DNA of 64,000 nucleotides, from the NCBI GenBank assembly GCA_965242865.1, contig CBDETK010000013.1:736001-800000 (forward strand), read 5' to 3'. Made by a program: the position numbers and the translations under genes. The stretch's first letter is position 1. Each line of letters begins with the position of its first letter. This DNA is from Candidatus Latescibacterota bacterium. GTDB taxonomy: Bacteria > Latescibacterota > UBA2968 > UBA8231. The notes under the pieces are model-generated. The model was not told the DNA's origin, searched no databases, and saw only the letters and a list, made by a program, of their open reading frames with translations. This document shows positions 26,691 to 35,441 of this stretch, one piece after another.

Positions 26691-28736
26691 ATGAAACGTC
26701 CAGCGAATTGGTGGCTTTGGTTTTTTGCGGTTGCAGCGGCTACGAGCGCGGCGGCCGACATTGCTCTGTGGCAGATCGGCGGCAGCCGCCTCCGTTGGGC
26801 CGACAGCGACTCGGCCCAAGTCATGATCGACTTTACCGGCCCGAACAACTCGATCCAGCCGGTGCTCGTCCGCGCCGATACCACGGTCTTTCCCCTGCTC
26901 GACAACTGGTCGCCGAAAAAGAATCCTGACGAGCTGGGGTTTGTCGATGGCGAGCGTCCCCGCGCGTGGAAGGGCTGCTGCGGCACCTCCTCCACGGTGG
27001 ACAACGCGCTCAACCTCATCGACGGCAGCGGCGCCACGTACAATCCGGTCACCAGCAACAGCATTGGCAGCGAGTACTATACCATTGATTTGGGCGTGCC
27101 CGTGCCCCTGTTTCGCTTTGCCATGACCACGCCGGATAAGGGGTTTTTTCGCTCGGACGGAACGCCGCTCGAAGAAGACGCCATTCCGGCCTTTGAGGTG
27201 TCGATTGCCGGCGATACCAACCCGGACGTGCTGAACACGGCCAACCCCATCGGCGCGATCATCGCGGAGGCGCGGGAAAATGTCGCGGCCAAAATCGCGG
27301 CCAACTTTCCCCTGCAATACGTGCGCTACGTGCGCTACAAGCGCAAGAATTCGATTCTCGACGAGGCGACCAACCAGTCGTCCGGGCATTCGGGCACCGC
27401 GCGCAAGGGGACGGTGGCCGAGTTTTTCCTCTGGGGCGAGGGAATCCCCAAGCGGGCCACGTACAAGACGACCATTTTCGATCTCGGCACGGTCGTCAAT
27501 TTGGGGCGGCTGTTCTGGAAGGCTACGCCCATGCGCCTCGTCAATGGCGTGGCCGAGGAAGCCCCGGATGCCAACGTGTGGGTCGAGGTTGAAGCGCGCA
27601 CCGGGATCGACGCGAGTCCCGACATTTACTACGAGTTCACGGACATGGGGACGCGCGTCGTGGTGGAGCAGGGCCGCTATCAAGGCGTGCTAAAAAACCA
27701 GAGCTCGCCCGTGACCAATGCCGACGGACTAGGCGGCACTCTGACCCTTTCCACGCGGCCCAAGCCGGGAATCCGCGCCGGCATTGAGTACGACCAGCAA
27801 AACTGGACGTTTTGGTCCTTTCCCACGACCGAGTCCGACCGGCCCCTCAACCTCAACCGGGGGTCGCACCTGCAAGTCAAGGTGGTGCTGCACAGCGAGC
27901 GGTTCGACGAGTTCGTGCGCCTCGATTCCCTGTGGATCGAGACCTCGCCGGTCTTGGCCCGGCGCGTCGTGGCCGAGGTGGCCGAGCGCGACCAACCTCA
28001 TCCGGTGCGCGGCGTGGCCGAGGTGCCCCTAGGCGAGATGACGGAATTCACCTACGACATCCAAGCGGAATTTGCCGCCAGCGAGGTGGGGTTTGACGCC
28101 CTGCGGATTCGCACCGGCAGCTCTCAGACCGAGTTCAAGGGGCTCGAAGTGAATGGGGTCGCCACCGACCCGGCCGGGGTGGAGGTGATAGGCGACGACT
28201 TTGTCGTGCAGTTGCCGCAGCGCGTAACCCGCGCGTACAACCCGAGCTTGCGGGTGATCTTTGCGGCCGAAGTCTTTGACTTTGCCCACACCTTTGGCGG
28301 CGAGGTCTTCAACGCCGGCAGCGCGGACCTGCCCCAGCCGGTCGAGGGCGGGGACGTCAGCGACGCGATTGGCACCAATAGCCTGCGGGTCTTGGCGGCC
28401 AGCGCGGCCAATCCGCAGTTGGTGCAGGACGTGCAGCTTTCCAGCGGCGTGGTCACGCCCAACGGCGACGGGGTCAACGACGAATTGGTCATTTCCTACT
28501 CGCTGTTCGCGCTGCCGCAATCGGTGCCGGTGCGGTTGCAGGTCTTTTCGCTGGACGGCCGGCGGGTGGCCCAAGTCGAGCGCGGCCCGCAGGGGTCCGG
28601 CCCCCAGCGCTTGCACTGGGACGGCCGCGACCAGCGCGGCGCGATCCTCGCTCCGGGCCTTTATCTTTTGGGCATTGGCATTGAGGCCGAAGACGAGAGC
28701 GGCCTACAGTTGCGGCCCATTAACCTCGCGTATTGA
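26691..28736 (+). CDS. Secreted protein with CHU_C / type B-like CTD (paralog of 13322)
   Basis: Signal peptide; IDLG, FDALRI; VVTPNGDGVND...WDGRD; ends INLAY. Confidence 0.8.
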   Translation: MKRPANWWLWFFAVAAATSAAADIALWQIGGSRLRWADSDSAQVMIDFTGPNNSIQPVLVRADTTVFPLLDNWSPKKNPDELGFVDGERPRAWKGCCGTSSTVDNALNLIDGSGATYNPVTSNSIGSEYYTIDLGVPVPLFRFAMTTPDKGFFRSDGTPLEEDAIPAFEVSIAGDTNPDVLNTANPIGAIIAEARENVAAKIAANFPLQYVRYVRYKRKNSILDEATNQSSGHSGTARKGTVAEFFLWGEGIPKRATYKTTIFDLGTVVNLGRLFWKATPMRLVNGVAEEAPDANVWVEVEARTGIDASPDIYYEFTDMGTRVVVEQGRYQGVLKNQSSPVTNADGLGGTLTLSTRPKPGIRAGIEYDQQNWTFWSFPTTESDRPLNLNRGSHLQVKVVLHSERFDEFVRLDSLWIETSPVLARRVVAEVAERDQPHPVRGVAEVPLGEMTEFTYDIQAEFAASEVGFDALRIRTGSSQTEFKGLEVNGVATDPAGVEVIGDDFVVQLPQRVTRAYNPSLRVIFAAEVFDFAHTFGGEVFNAGSADLPQPVEGGDVSDAIGTNSLRVLAASAANPQLVQDVQLSSGVVTPNGDGVNDELVISYSLFALPQSVPVRLQVFSLDGRRVAQVERGPQGSGPQRLHWDGRDQRGAILAPGLYLLGIGIEAEDESGLQLRPINLAY

Positions 28737-28747
28737 GGAAAGTACTT

Positions 28748-31204
28748 ATGTACCAGCGAGCCATTGCCTTAGCGTTGCTACTTGCCGGCCCGGTCTGGGC
28801 CGAGTTTCTCACCTTCGACCGCCGGGCGGCTTGGGAAGCCAACTGGGTGCTCAAGCCGCAGCTACATGTCTTTACCCCGCAGGAACACTTGGGGTTGGTC
28901 CAGTTCCGCAAGGACATCAACGCCACGCTCGACGCCCATCTCTTCACCCACCCGACGAATGAGCGCGGGGATGTGGCCGGCGGTATCTGGTCCGCGCTGA
29001 GCAACCCCAACGACGCCCCCCGGATCATCGACGGGGACCCCGCCACCTTTTGGCGGCCGGCCGGCGGGGACCCGCTCGACAAGTGGATCGTGCAAATCGA
29101 CTTGGGCCGGGCCGTATTGGCCAAAGAGATCCGCATCCACTTCCCGGACGAAGCGGGGGCCAAGCCCTTCCGCCAGTTCAGCGTCTTCGCCTCAACCGGG
29201 GCGCACGTAGCGGCCTTGGAGGACGTGTACCGCTTCGCAGCCGTCTATCGCACGACCAAGCCCAACTTAGACAGCTACGTCCGCTTTGGCTTTAAGCCGG
29301 CCGTGGAGGATACCACCCGCGCCGTAGAGCAGCTCAGCGCCGCCGGCGGCCGGGCCGATTTTGCCGCGCCCGAGTTCACCGGCGATGCCAACACCGCCAC
29401 GACCGGCGGCCGCAACAAGCCGGTGGCGACCGGCCAAGCCAATTCGCGGGTAGAGGCCAACGCTCGCTGGCAGATGATCCAGTTCATTCGCTTCATCGTG
29501 GATGAGCACCAGCTCGACGGCGCGCTCGCCGAGATCGAGGTCATTGCCGTGGGCGACAACATCAGCTTGGGGGTAGAGGAAAAGGGCGGCACGTACATCA
29601 ATGGCTCGCGGGCGACCGATCCCTTCTTCTGGCTCGACGGCAATCTCAATACGTACGGGGTCATCGAGGTCCATCAGCAGTTTACGGAATCGCGCGGCAC
29701 GGCCTTTGAAGGGGGCTTGTGGTGGCAGGTGGATCTGGGGGCTACGTACTGGGTTGACGACGCGTTCGTCTATTGGCAAAAAGCCGGCGAGCGCCTCGCG
29801 GACTTTCGCTTGGGCACCAACAACGCCGGCACTGGGTACACCTTTTTCTCGTCCGACGGCACCGAGACCCTGACCGGCGACATCGACTTTGACCCGTGGA
29901 TTTTTGAACCGGAGTGGACCAATGCCCGCGAGCAATACAAGCGGCACTACCGCTATTTGTTCAATCCGCGCAAGGTGCGGCACATCTTCTGGCTGGCCCT
30001 GCACGACTTGGGCTGGCGCGCCCATCCCATGGAGCTGCAGATGTTCTCCCCGGGCTACCCGGCCGAAGTCGCGATCGAATCGAGGTTTTTGGACCTGAGC
30101 GCACTCGCCGGCGACGGGCAGCCCAAGGTGATCAAGGCCCTCCACTACGACGCGGACCTGCCGCCCAATACCCAGATCGAGTTGCGCTCCCGGTCGGGCA
30201 ACGCCATGGGCGAGGTGTACACCTTTCACAACAAGATCGGCGAGGTCGTATCCGAGGAGAAGTGGAAGAGCTCGCCCAAAGTGCTGCGGGGCCGCGTGGA
30301 TACCTCGGTTGTGGTCGGGGAGGATTGGAGCGCGTGGAGCAATGGGTACAAGCTGGCGGTCGAGCCGTTTAAGTCGGACTCGCCGCGCAAGTTTGTGCAA
30401 CTCGCGCTGGTGATGCGGACGGAGGACCCGGCCGTAGCTCCCACAGTGCGCTCGGTCTCGCTGGAGTACGTCGATGCGCTGGTCAACGAGGCCCACGGGT
30501 CGATCCGACCGCGCCAAGCCAAGCCCAACGAGGCCACTCGCTTCACCTATATGCTGTGGCCGTCGGTGACCCCGGACAACGCTGGCTTTGACCGGCTGCG
30601 CTTGGTCGTGCCCGACTTAGTGCAGGCCGAGGCGGTCGAGGTGCAGGTCGCTGGCCAAGCGGTTGAACTCGCGGCCATGGACATTACAGCCGATTCGCTG
30701 CGGATCGACTTGCCGCAGGTGGTGCAAGGCGACTCCGTGCAGGTGGCTTTTACCACGCGGCTGGTGCAAAACGCGGCCGTGATCGACGCCGATCTGGGCC
30801 TGAGCGACGCGCCCGGCCTGTGGCAGGATGTCGAGCCGGCCGCGCGCCGGTCCAACGTGGTGCTCCTGCCCGAGCTGGCCGACAGCGACCGCTTGATCGG
30901 CGACTTGCAGCTTTCGACCCGGGTGTTCACGCCCAATGGCGATGGGGTCAACGATGCGGTGGAACTCAGCTTCGTGGTCTTCAAGGCCCAACAGGCCGCG
31001 CCGCGGGTCGAGGTGAGCGACTTGACCGGCCGGGCCGTCGCTTCCCTGACGCCGGTCGCCCAAGGACCGACCCGCCGCTTTGCGTGGAATGGCCAAGACG
31101 CAACCGGCGCCTTGGTGCCCCCGGGCATCTATCTGTGGCGCATAGACGTAAACGCAGACTCGGGCGACGCCACGGCGTTGCGCGTGGTCGAGGTGGCCTA
31201 CTGA
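28748..31204 (+). CDS. Secreted protein with discoidin-like domains and type B-like CTD
   Basis: Signal MYQRAIALALLLAGPVWA; IDGDPATFW, IDLGR; VFTPNGDGVND; ends VEVAY. Confidence 0.8.
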   Translation: MYQRAIALALLLAGPVWAEFLTFDRRAAWEANWVLKPQLHVFTPQEHLGLVQFRKDINATLDAHLFTHPTNERGDVAGGIWSALSNPNDAPRIIDGDPATFWRPAGGDPLDKWIVQIDLGRAVLAKEIRIHFPDEAGAKPFRQFSVFASTGAHVAALEDVYRFAAVYRTTKPNLDSYVRFGFKPAVEDTTRAVEQLSAAGGRADFAAPEFTGDANTATTGGRNKPVATGQANSRVEANARWQMIQFIRFIVDEHQLDGALAEIEVIAVGDNISLGVEEKGGTYINGSRATDPFFWLDGNLNTYGVIEVHQQFTESRGTAFEGGLWWQVDLGATYWVDDAFVYWQKAGERLADFRLGTNNAGTGYTFFSSDGTETLTGDIDFDPWIFEPEWTNAREQYKRHYRYLFNPRKVRHIFWLALHDLGWRAHPMELQMFSPGYPAEVAIESRFLDLSALAGDGQPKVIKALHYDADLPPNTQIELRSRSGNAMGEVYTFHNKIGEVVSEEKWKSSPKVLRGRVDTSVVVGEDWSAWSNGYKLAVEPFKSDSPRKFVQLALVMRTEDPAVAPTVRSVSLEYVDALVNEAHGSIRPRQAKPNEATRFTYMLWPSVTPDNAGFDRLRLVVPDLVQAEAVEVQVAGQAVELAAMDITADSLRIDLPQVVQGDSVQVAFTTRLVQNAAVIDADLGLSDAPGLWQDVEPAARRSNVVLLPELADSDRLIGDLQLSTRVFTPNGDGVNDAVELSFVVFKAQQAAPRVEVSDLTGRAVASLTPVAQGPTRRFAWNGQDATGALVPPGIYLWRIDVNADSGDATALRVVEVAY

Positions 31205-33558
31205 TGCCCCTTTTTTCCCCGAGGATTTGCTACCTGCTCGCGGTGTTGTTGGTCTGCGGTCCGAGCCGCGCCGAGGAGGTCCGCTTTGACTCCCCGGCCG
31301 AGTGGGCTAGTTGGGACATGCCCGTGGACATCGTCCAGTTTGCCGACGACGGCTCGCTGGAGCTGAGGAAGTTTCGCAAGCAGATCAACGCCACCCTCAA
31401 TGCCCATCTGTTTACCCAGCCCACCCAGACGCGCGGCCGAGTTGAGGGCGGCATCTGGCAGGCCGGGTCCAATCCGGCCGCGGCCGGCCGCATCATGGAC
31501 GGCGATCGGGCCACAGTGTGGCGTCCGAGCCCGTCGGACGATCTCGTCGATTGGGTCGCGACCATTGACTTGGGGCGGCCGGTGCTGGCCGAGCGCATCC
31601 GCTTGGTGTTTCCCGACCGCGCCGGGGCGCGTCCTTGGCGGCAATTCAGCGTCTTTACGGCCAATGGGGCGCGCATTCAGCCACGTGACGATGTCTTCAA
31701 GTTCGACCAAGCCTTTCAGACGACCCAGCCCAATCAAGCGCGAGTCGTCGATATCGAGCTCGTCGGGGAGCGCGACGTAACGCGGGTCATCGACGAAAGC
31801 CTCGGGCTGGAACCGGCCGCGCTGAACACCTTTCGCATGGTGCGGTTTGTGCGCGTGCGCGCCGACGAAAAAAGCGCGGACGCGGCCTTGGCCGAAGTGG
31901 AGGTGCTGGCCGTGGGCGACAACATCAGCCTCGGGGTTTTGGCGCGCGGCGGGAGCTTTGACAACGGGCTGTTGGCGCGCGAGCCGCAAAACATGTTCGA
32001 CGGCATCACCGACACCTACGGCAATATATTCACCGTCCAGACCAAGGGCGGCTGGCGCGAGAGCGGGGTGTGGTGGGCCGTTGACTTAGGGGCGTTGTTT
32101 TGGCTCGACGAAGCCTTCATCTACTGGCAGCATCGCGGCGAGGGCCAGTCGAGCTTCCTGTTTGAGGGGTTGCAGGCCGGCACCGGCTACCAAATCCTCT
32201 TTTCCGATGGCCGGCGCACCATTGCCGGCGACATCGATTACACGCCGCTCATCGTAGAACCTAGGCCGATCACCAGTGCGGAGTGGGCCTTGCGCCACCA
32301 CCGCTACGTGTTTGCCCCGCGCAAAATTCGCTACCTGTTCTGGCATTCCCTGACGGACACGGGCTGGTTTTCTCACCCCATGGAGCTGATGCTGTTCTCG
32401 CCGGGCTATCCCGCGCAAGTGGTTTTGCGGTCGGGGTTTATCGACCTCGGCCAGCTCGCCGGCGACGACCGCCCCAAGGCCATTAAGCGCTTGCGCTGGG
32501 AGGCCACGACGCCCGAGCAGACGCGGTTGCAGGTGCGCTCGCGGTCGGGCAATACCTTGCAAGAGCTGTACACGTTTTACGACAAAAAGGGCGATGAAGT
32601 CACCCAGACGCGCTACAACAGCTTGCCCAAAGTCATCCGCGGCCCCATTGACACCCTAGTGGTCGTCGGGGCCGATTGGAGCGCGTGGAGCAATTTTTAC
32701 CAGTTTTCCGGCGAGGCGTTTAAGTCGGAGACGCCGCGCCGCTTTATCCAGTTGGAGCTAATGCTCTCCACCGAGGACCCCGCCATCGCGCCGGTGTTAC
32801 ACGCCCTCAGCCTCGATTTTGAGGACGCGCTGGTCACTTGGGCGGCCGGGCAGGTCTGGCCGCGCCAGGCCGCGCCCAACGAGGCAACGCGATTTACCTA
32901 CGCGCTGCAGACGAGCGCGGACGAGGCCGACTCGGGCTTTGATCGGCTGCGCTTTTCCACGCCGAGTGCGGTGGATGCCGAGGATGTGCGGCTGTGGATC
33001 GGGGGGGCCGAACGCGCCGCACACGTGCGCGTAGCCGGGGATTCCCTGTTGTTCGTGGATTTGCCGGAGACGGTGCGCACCGATTCGATCGCCTTGGCAT
33101 TTACGACCAAGGTGCTGCGCAACGCCACGGTCTTTGCCGCGGATTTGGGGCAGGAGGCGCGGCCCGGGCTGTGGCAATCGGTGGAAGCGGCCGAGCGGCA
33201 GGCCAACTTGGTGTTTCTGCCCGATTTGCCCGGCAACGAGCGGTTGATCGGGGATTTGCAGATCGCGCCATCGGCCTTTTCGCCCAATGGCGATGGCATC
33301 AACGACCGCCTGCAGATTCGCTTTGCCTTGTTCAAGGCCGTTGATGTCACCCCGAGCGTACGCATTTTCGACCTAGCAGGGCGGGAAGTGGTGCGCCTCG
33401 CAGGGTCGGCTGGGGGCGATGTGTTGCAATCGTTTAGTTGGGGTGGGTTGGACGCGTCGGGGGATCGGGTCGCGCCCGGGATGTACGTGTGCCGCATTGA
33501 CGCGGGCGCGGACGCCGGGCAGGGCCAAGTCGTCCGCACCATCGCCGTAGCCTATTGA
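31204..33558 (+). CDS. Secreted protein, close paralog of 28748-31204
   Basis: TGATG overlap; shared FRK.INATL.AHLFT.PT, AVGDNISLG, HPMEL..FSPGYPA, RSRSGN, DWSAWSN; AFSPNGDGIND; ends IAVAY. Confidence 0.8.
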   Translation: MPLFSPRICYLLAVLLVCGPSRAEEVRFDSPAEWASWDMPVDIVQFADDGSLELRKFRKQINATLNAHLFTQPTQTRGRVEGGIWQAGSNPAAAGRIMDGDRATVWRPSPSDDLVDWVATIDLGRPVLAERIRLVFPDRAGARPWRQFSVFTANGARIQPRDDVFKFDQAFQTTQPNQARVVDIELVGERDVTRVIDESLGLEPAALNTFRMVRFVRVRADEKSADAALAEVEVLAVGDNISLGVLARGGSFDNGLLAREPQNMFDGITDTYGNIFTVQTKGGWRESGVWWAVDLGALFWLDEAFIYWQHRGEGQSSFLFEGLQAGTGYQILFSDGRRTIAGDIDYTPLIVEPRPITSAEWALRHHRYVFAPRKIRYLFWHSLTDTGWFSHPMELMLFSPGYPAQVVLRSGFIDLGQLAGDDRPKAIKRLRWEATTPEQTRLQVRSRSGNTLQELYTFYDKKGDEVTQTRYNSLPKVIRGPIDTLVVVGADWSAWSNFYQFSGEAFKSETPRRFIQLELMLSTEDPAIAPVLHALSLDFEDALVTWAAGQVWPRQAAPNEATRFTYALQTSADEADSGFDRLRFSTPSAVDAEDVRLWIGGAERAAHVRVAGDSLLFVDLPETVRTDSIALAFTTKVLRNATVFAADLGQEARPGLWQSVEAAERQANLVFLPDLPGNERLIGDLQIAPSAFSPNGDGINDRLQIRFALFKAVDVTPSVRIFDLAGREVVRLAGSAGGDVLQSFSWGGLDASGDRVAPGMYVCRIDAGADAGQGQVVRTIAVAY

Positions 33559-33566
33559 GGAAAGCC

Positions 33567-35441
33567 ATGACTGTCGCCCCGGCCGTGTACCGCGAGCAAA
33601 AGTGGATCATCTCGCCTTTTGGCGACCTGTTCTTTTTTATTGGCACGCCCCTGCTGTGCTTGGTGACCATGCTGCCGTTGCGGGCCGCGTTTGACTCCCA
33701 GACCATTGCGTTCTACGCGCTGGCTCTGTTTGCCACCGGCCATCACTTGCCCGGGTTTATGCGCGCCTACGGCGACCCGGCGCTGTTTAGCACCTTCAAG
33801 GAAAAGTTCGTAGTCGCGCCGCTCGTCGTCCTCCTAGTGGTGGCGCTGGCGCAGTTCAACACCCTGCACGGGTTGTTCCTGATCGTCTTGGTGTGGGAGA
33901 TCTGGCACCTCTTTATGCAGCACTACGGCATCATGCGGATCTACGATGCCAAAAACAAAATTTTCTCCAAAATTGACGCCCGGCTCGACTGGCTGCTGAC
34001 CTTGTGCGCCTTTGTCACGGTGGTCATCTACAGCCCGGAATACTTCCATCGCATCCTAGACCACAACCAGCGCGTTGGCGTGCCCTTTCTGTCGGCCGAG
34101 TGGACATTCCTGCTCAAAAAGGGGCTGTTCTATGGCACGATGGCCGTGCTCGCGGCTTACTTGGCCAACATCGTCCGGCGGGCGGTCACCGGCCAGAAGA
34201 TCAGCCTGCCCAAGATCGCGGTGATGGCGACGACCGTGTTCATCATCTACTACGGCTGGATCCACATCAACGACCTCGTCATTGGCTACGCGGCCTTTGC
34301 CGTTTTCCACGACATCCAGTACTTCGCCATCGTCTGGGTTTACAACAACAACCTCGTCAAACGGCAGGAGCGCACCACCAAGCTCCTGCGCACCTTCTTC
34401 ACCACGCGCACCGTGCCGATACTGGTCGCGTACATGCTGGTGTGCTTTGCCTACGGCAGCATCAACATGATGGAGGGCTTTCTCAAGTCCGAGCAGGCCA
34501 TCAAAATGGTCGAAATCTTCGTCATCACCTCGACGCTTTTGCACTACTACTTCGACGGGTTTATCTGGAAAATCCGCGACCGCAAAAACCAAGCCAATCT
34601 GGGGATCAGGGCCGAGGCCGGCGCGGACCGCATTGGCCTGCGGGCCTTGCCCAGCGGCGTGGTCGCGTACGTGCGCGAGGCCGGCCGGCAGGTGGCCTAT
34701 TTTGCGGTGCCGGTGGTGGGGCTGTCGCTCTTTCAGTTTTACTGGACGGCCAACGAGGCCGAGGCGCGGGAGAAGATGGTCGAACTGTTCCCGGACTTGG
34801 CCGGCGCTCACAACAACCTCGGCGTCTTTTATGCGCGGCAGGGCGATTGGGAGCGGGCGGCCGGCGAGTATCAGCGTGCGCTCGAGCTGGACGCCGGGGC
34901 TTATGAGGCCCACAAGAACCTCGGCCTGCTCTATGCGCGGCAGGGCTTGCTCGAGGAGGCGCACCGTCACTACCAGCAGGCCATAGACCGCAAGCCGCGC
35001 TACGTCGAAGCGCTCAACGCGCAGGGCTTAGTCTTTTTGCAGCGGGGCGAGTTTGCCCAAGCCGAGCAACGCTTCCGCGAGGCCCTCGACGAGTTTGACT
35101 ACGCCCCGGCGTACAACAACCTCGGCACGGCCTATTTGCAGATGGGCAATGTGCCGCAGGCGTTGGCGGCCTACGAAAAGGCCGTCGCGCTCGACCGGCT
35201 CGACGCCTCTCATCACTTCAACTTGGGGTTGGCCTTGCAGAAAGCGGGCGAGGACGAGCGGGCAATCGCCGCGTTTGCCGCGGCCCTCTCCGTCCAGCCG
35301 CGCCACGTCAAAGCCTATTTGAGCACGGCGCTGTCCCACCAGCGGCTGGGCCACCTCGCCGAAGCGCGGCAGGCTTTGCAGCAGCTATTGGCGGTGGACC
35401 CGAACCATGCCACGGCCGCACGGCTGCTGGCCCGGCTCTAG
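33567..35441 (+). CDS. Polytopic membrane protein with conserved-looking His motifs fused to C-terminal TPRs
   Basis: About 9-10 hydrophobic segments; GHH, WHLFMQHYG, FHDIQY, LHYYFDGFIWK; TPRs AHNNLG, AHKNLG, AYNNLG. Confidence 0.8.
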   Translation: MTVAPAVYREQKWIISPFGDLFFFIGTPLLCLVTMLPLRAAFDSQTIAFYALALFATGHHLPGFMRAYGDPALFSTFKEKFVVAPLVVLLVVALAQFNTLHGLFLIVLVWEIWHLFMQHYGIMRIYDAKNKIFSKIDARLDWLLTLCAFVTVVIYSPEYFHRILDHNQRVGVPFLSAEWTFLLKKGLFYGTMAVLAAYLANIVRRAVTGQKISLPKIAVMATTVFIIYYGWIHINDLVIGYAAFAVFHDIQYFAIVWVYNNNLVKRQERTTKLLRTFFTTRTVPILVAYMLVCFAYGSINMMEGFLKSEQAIKMVEIFVITSTLLHYYFDGFIWKIRDRKNQANLGIRAEAGADRIGLRALPSGVVAYVREAGRQVAYFAVPVVGLSLFQFYWTANEAEAREKMVELFPDLAGAHNNLGVFYARQGDWERAAGEYQRALELDAGAYEAHKNLGLLYARQGLLEEAHRHYQQAIDRKPRYVEALNAQGLVFLQRGEFAQAEQRFREALDEFDYAPAYNNLGTAYLQMGNVPQALAAYEKAVALDRLDASHHFNLGLALQKAGEDERAIAAFAAALSVQPRHVKAYLSTALSHQRLGHLAEARQALQQLLAVDPNHATAARLLARL

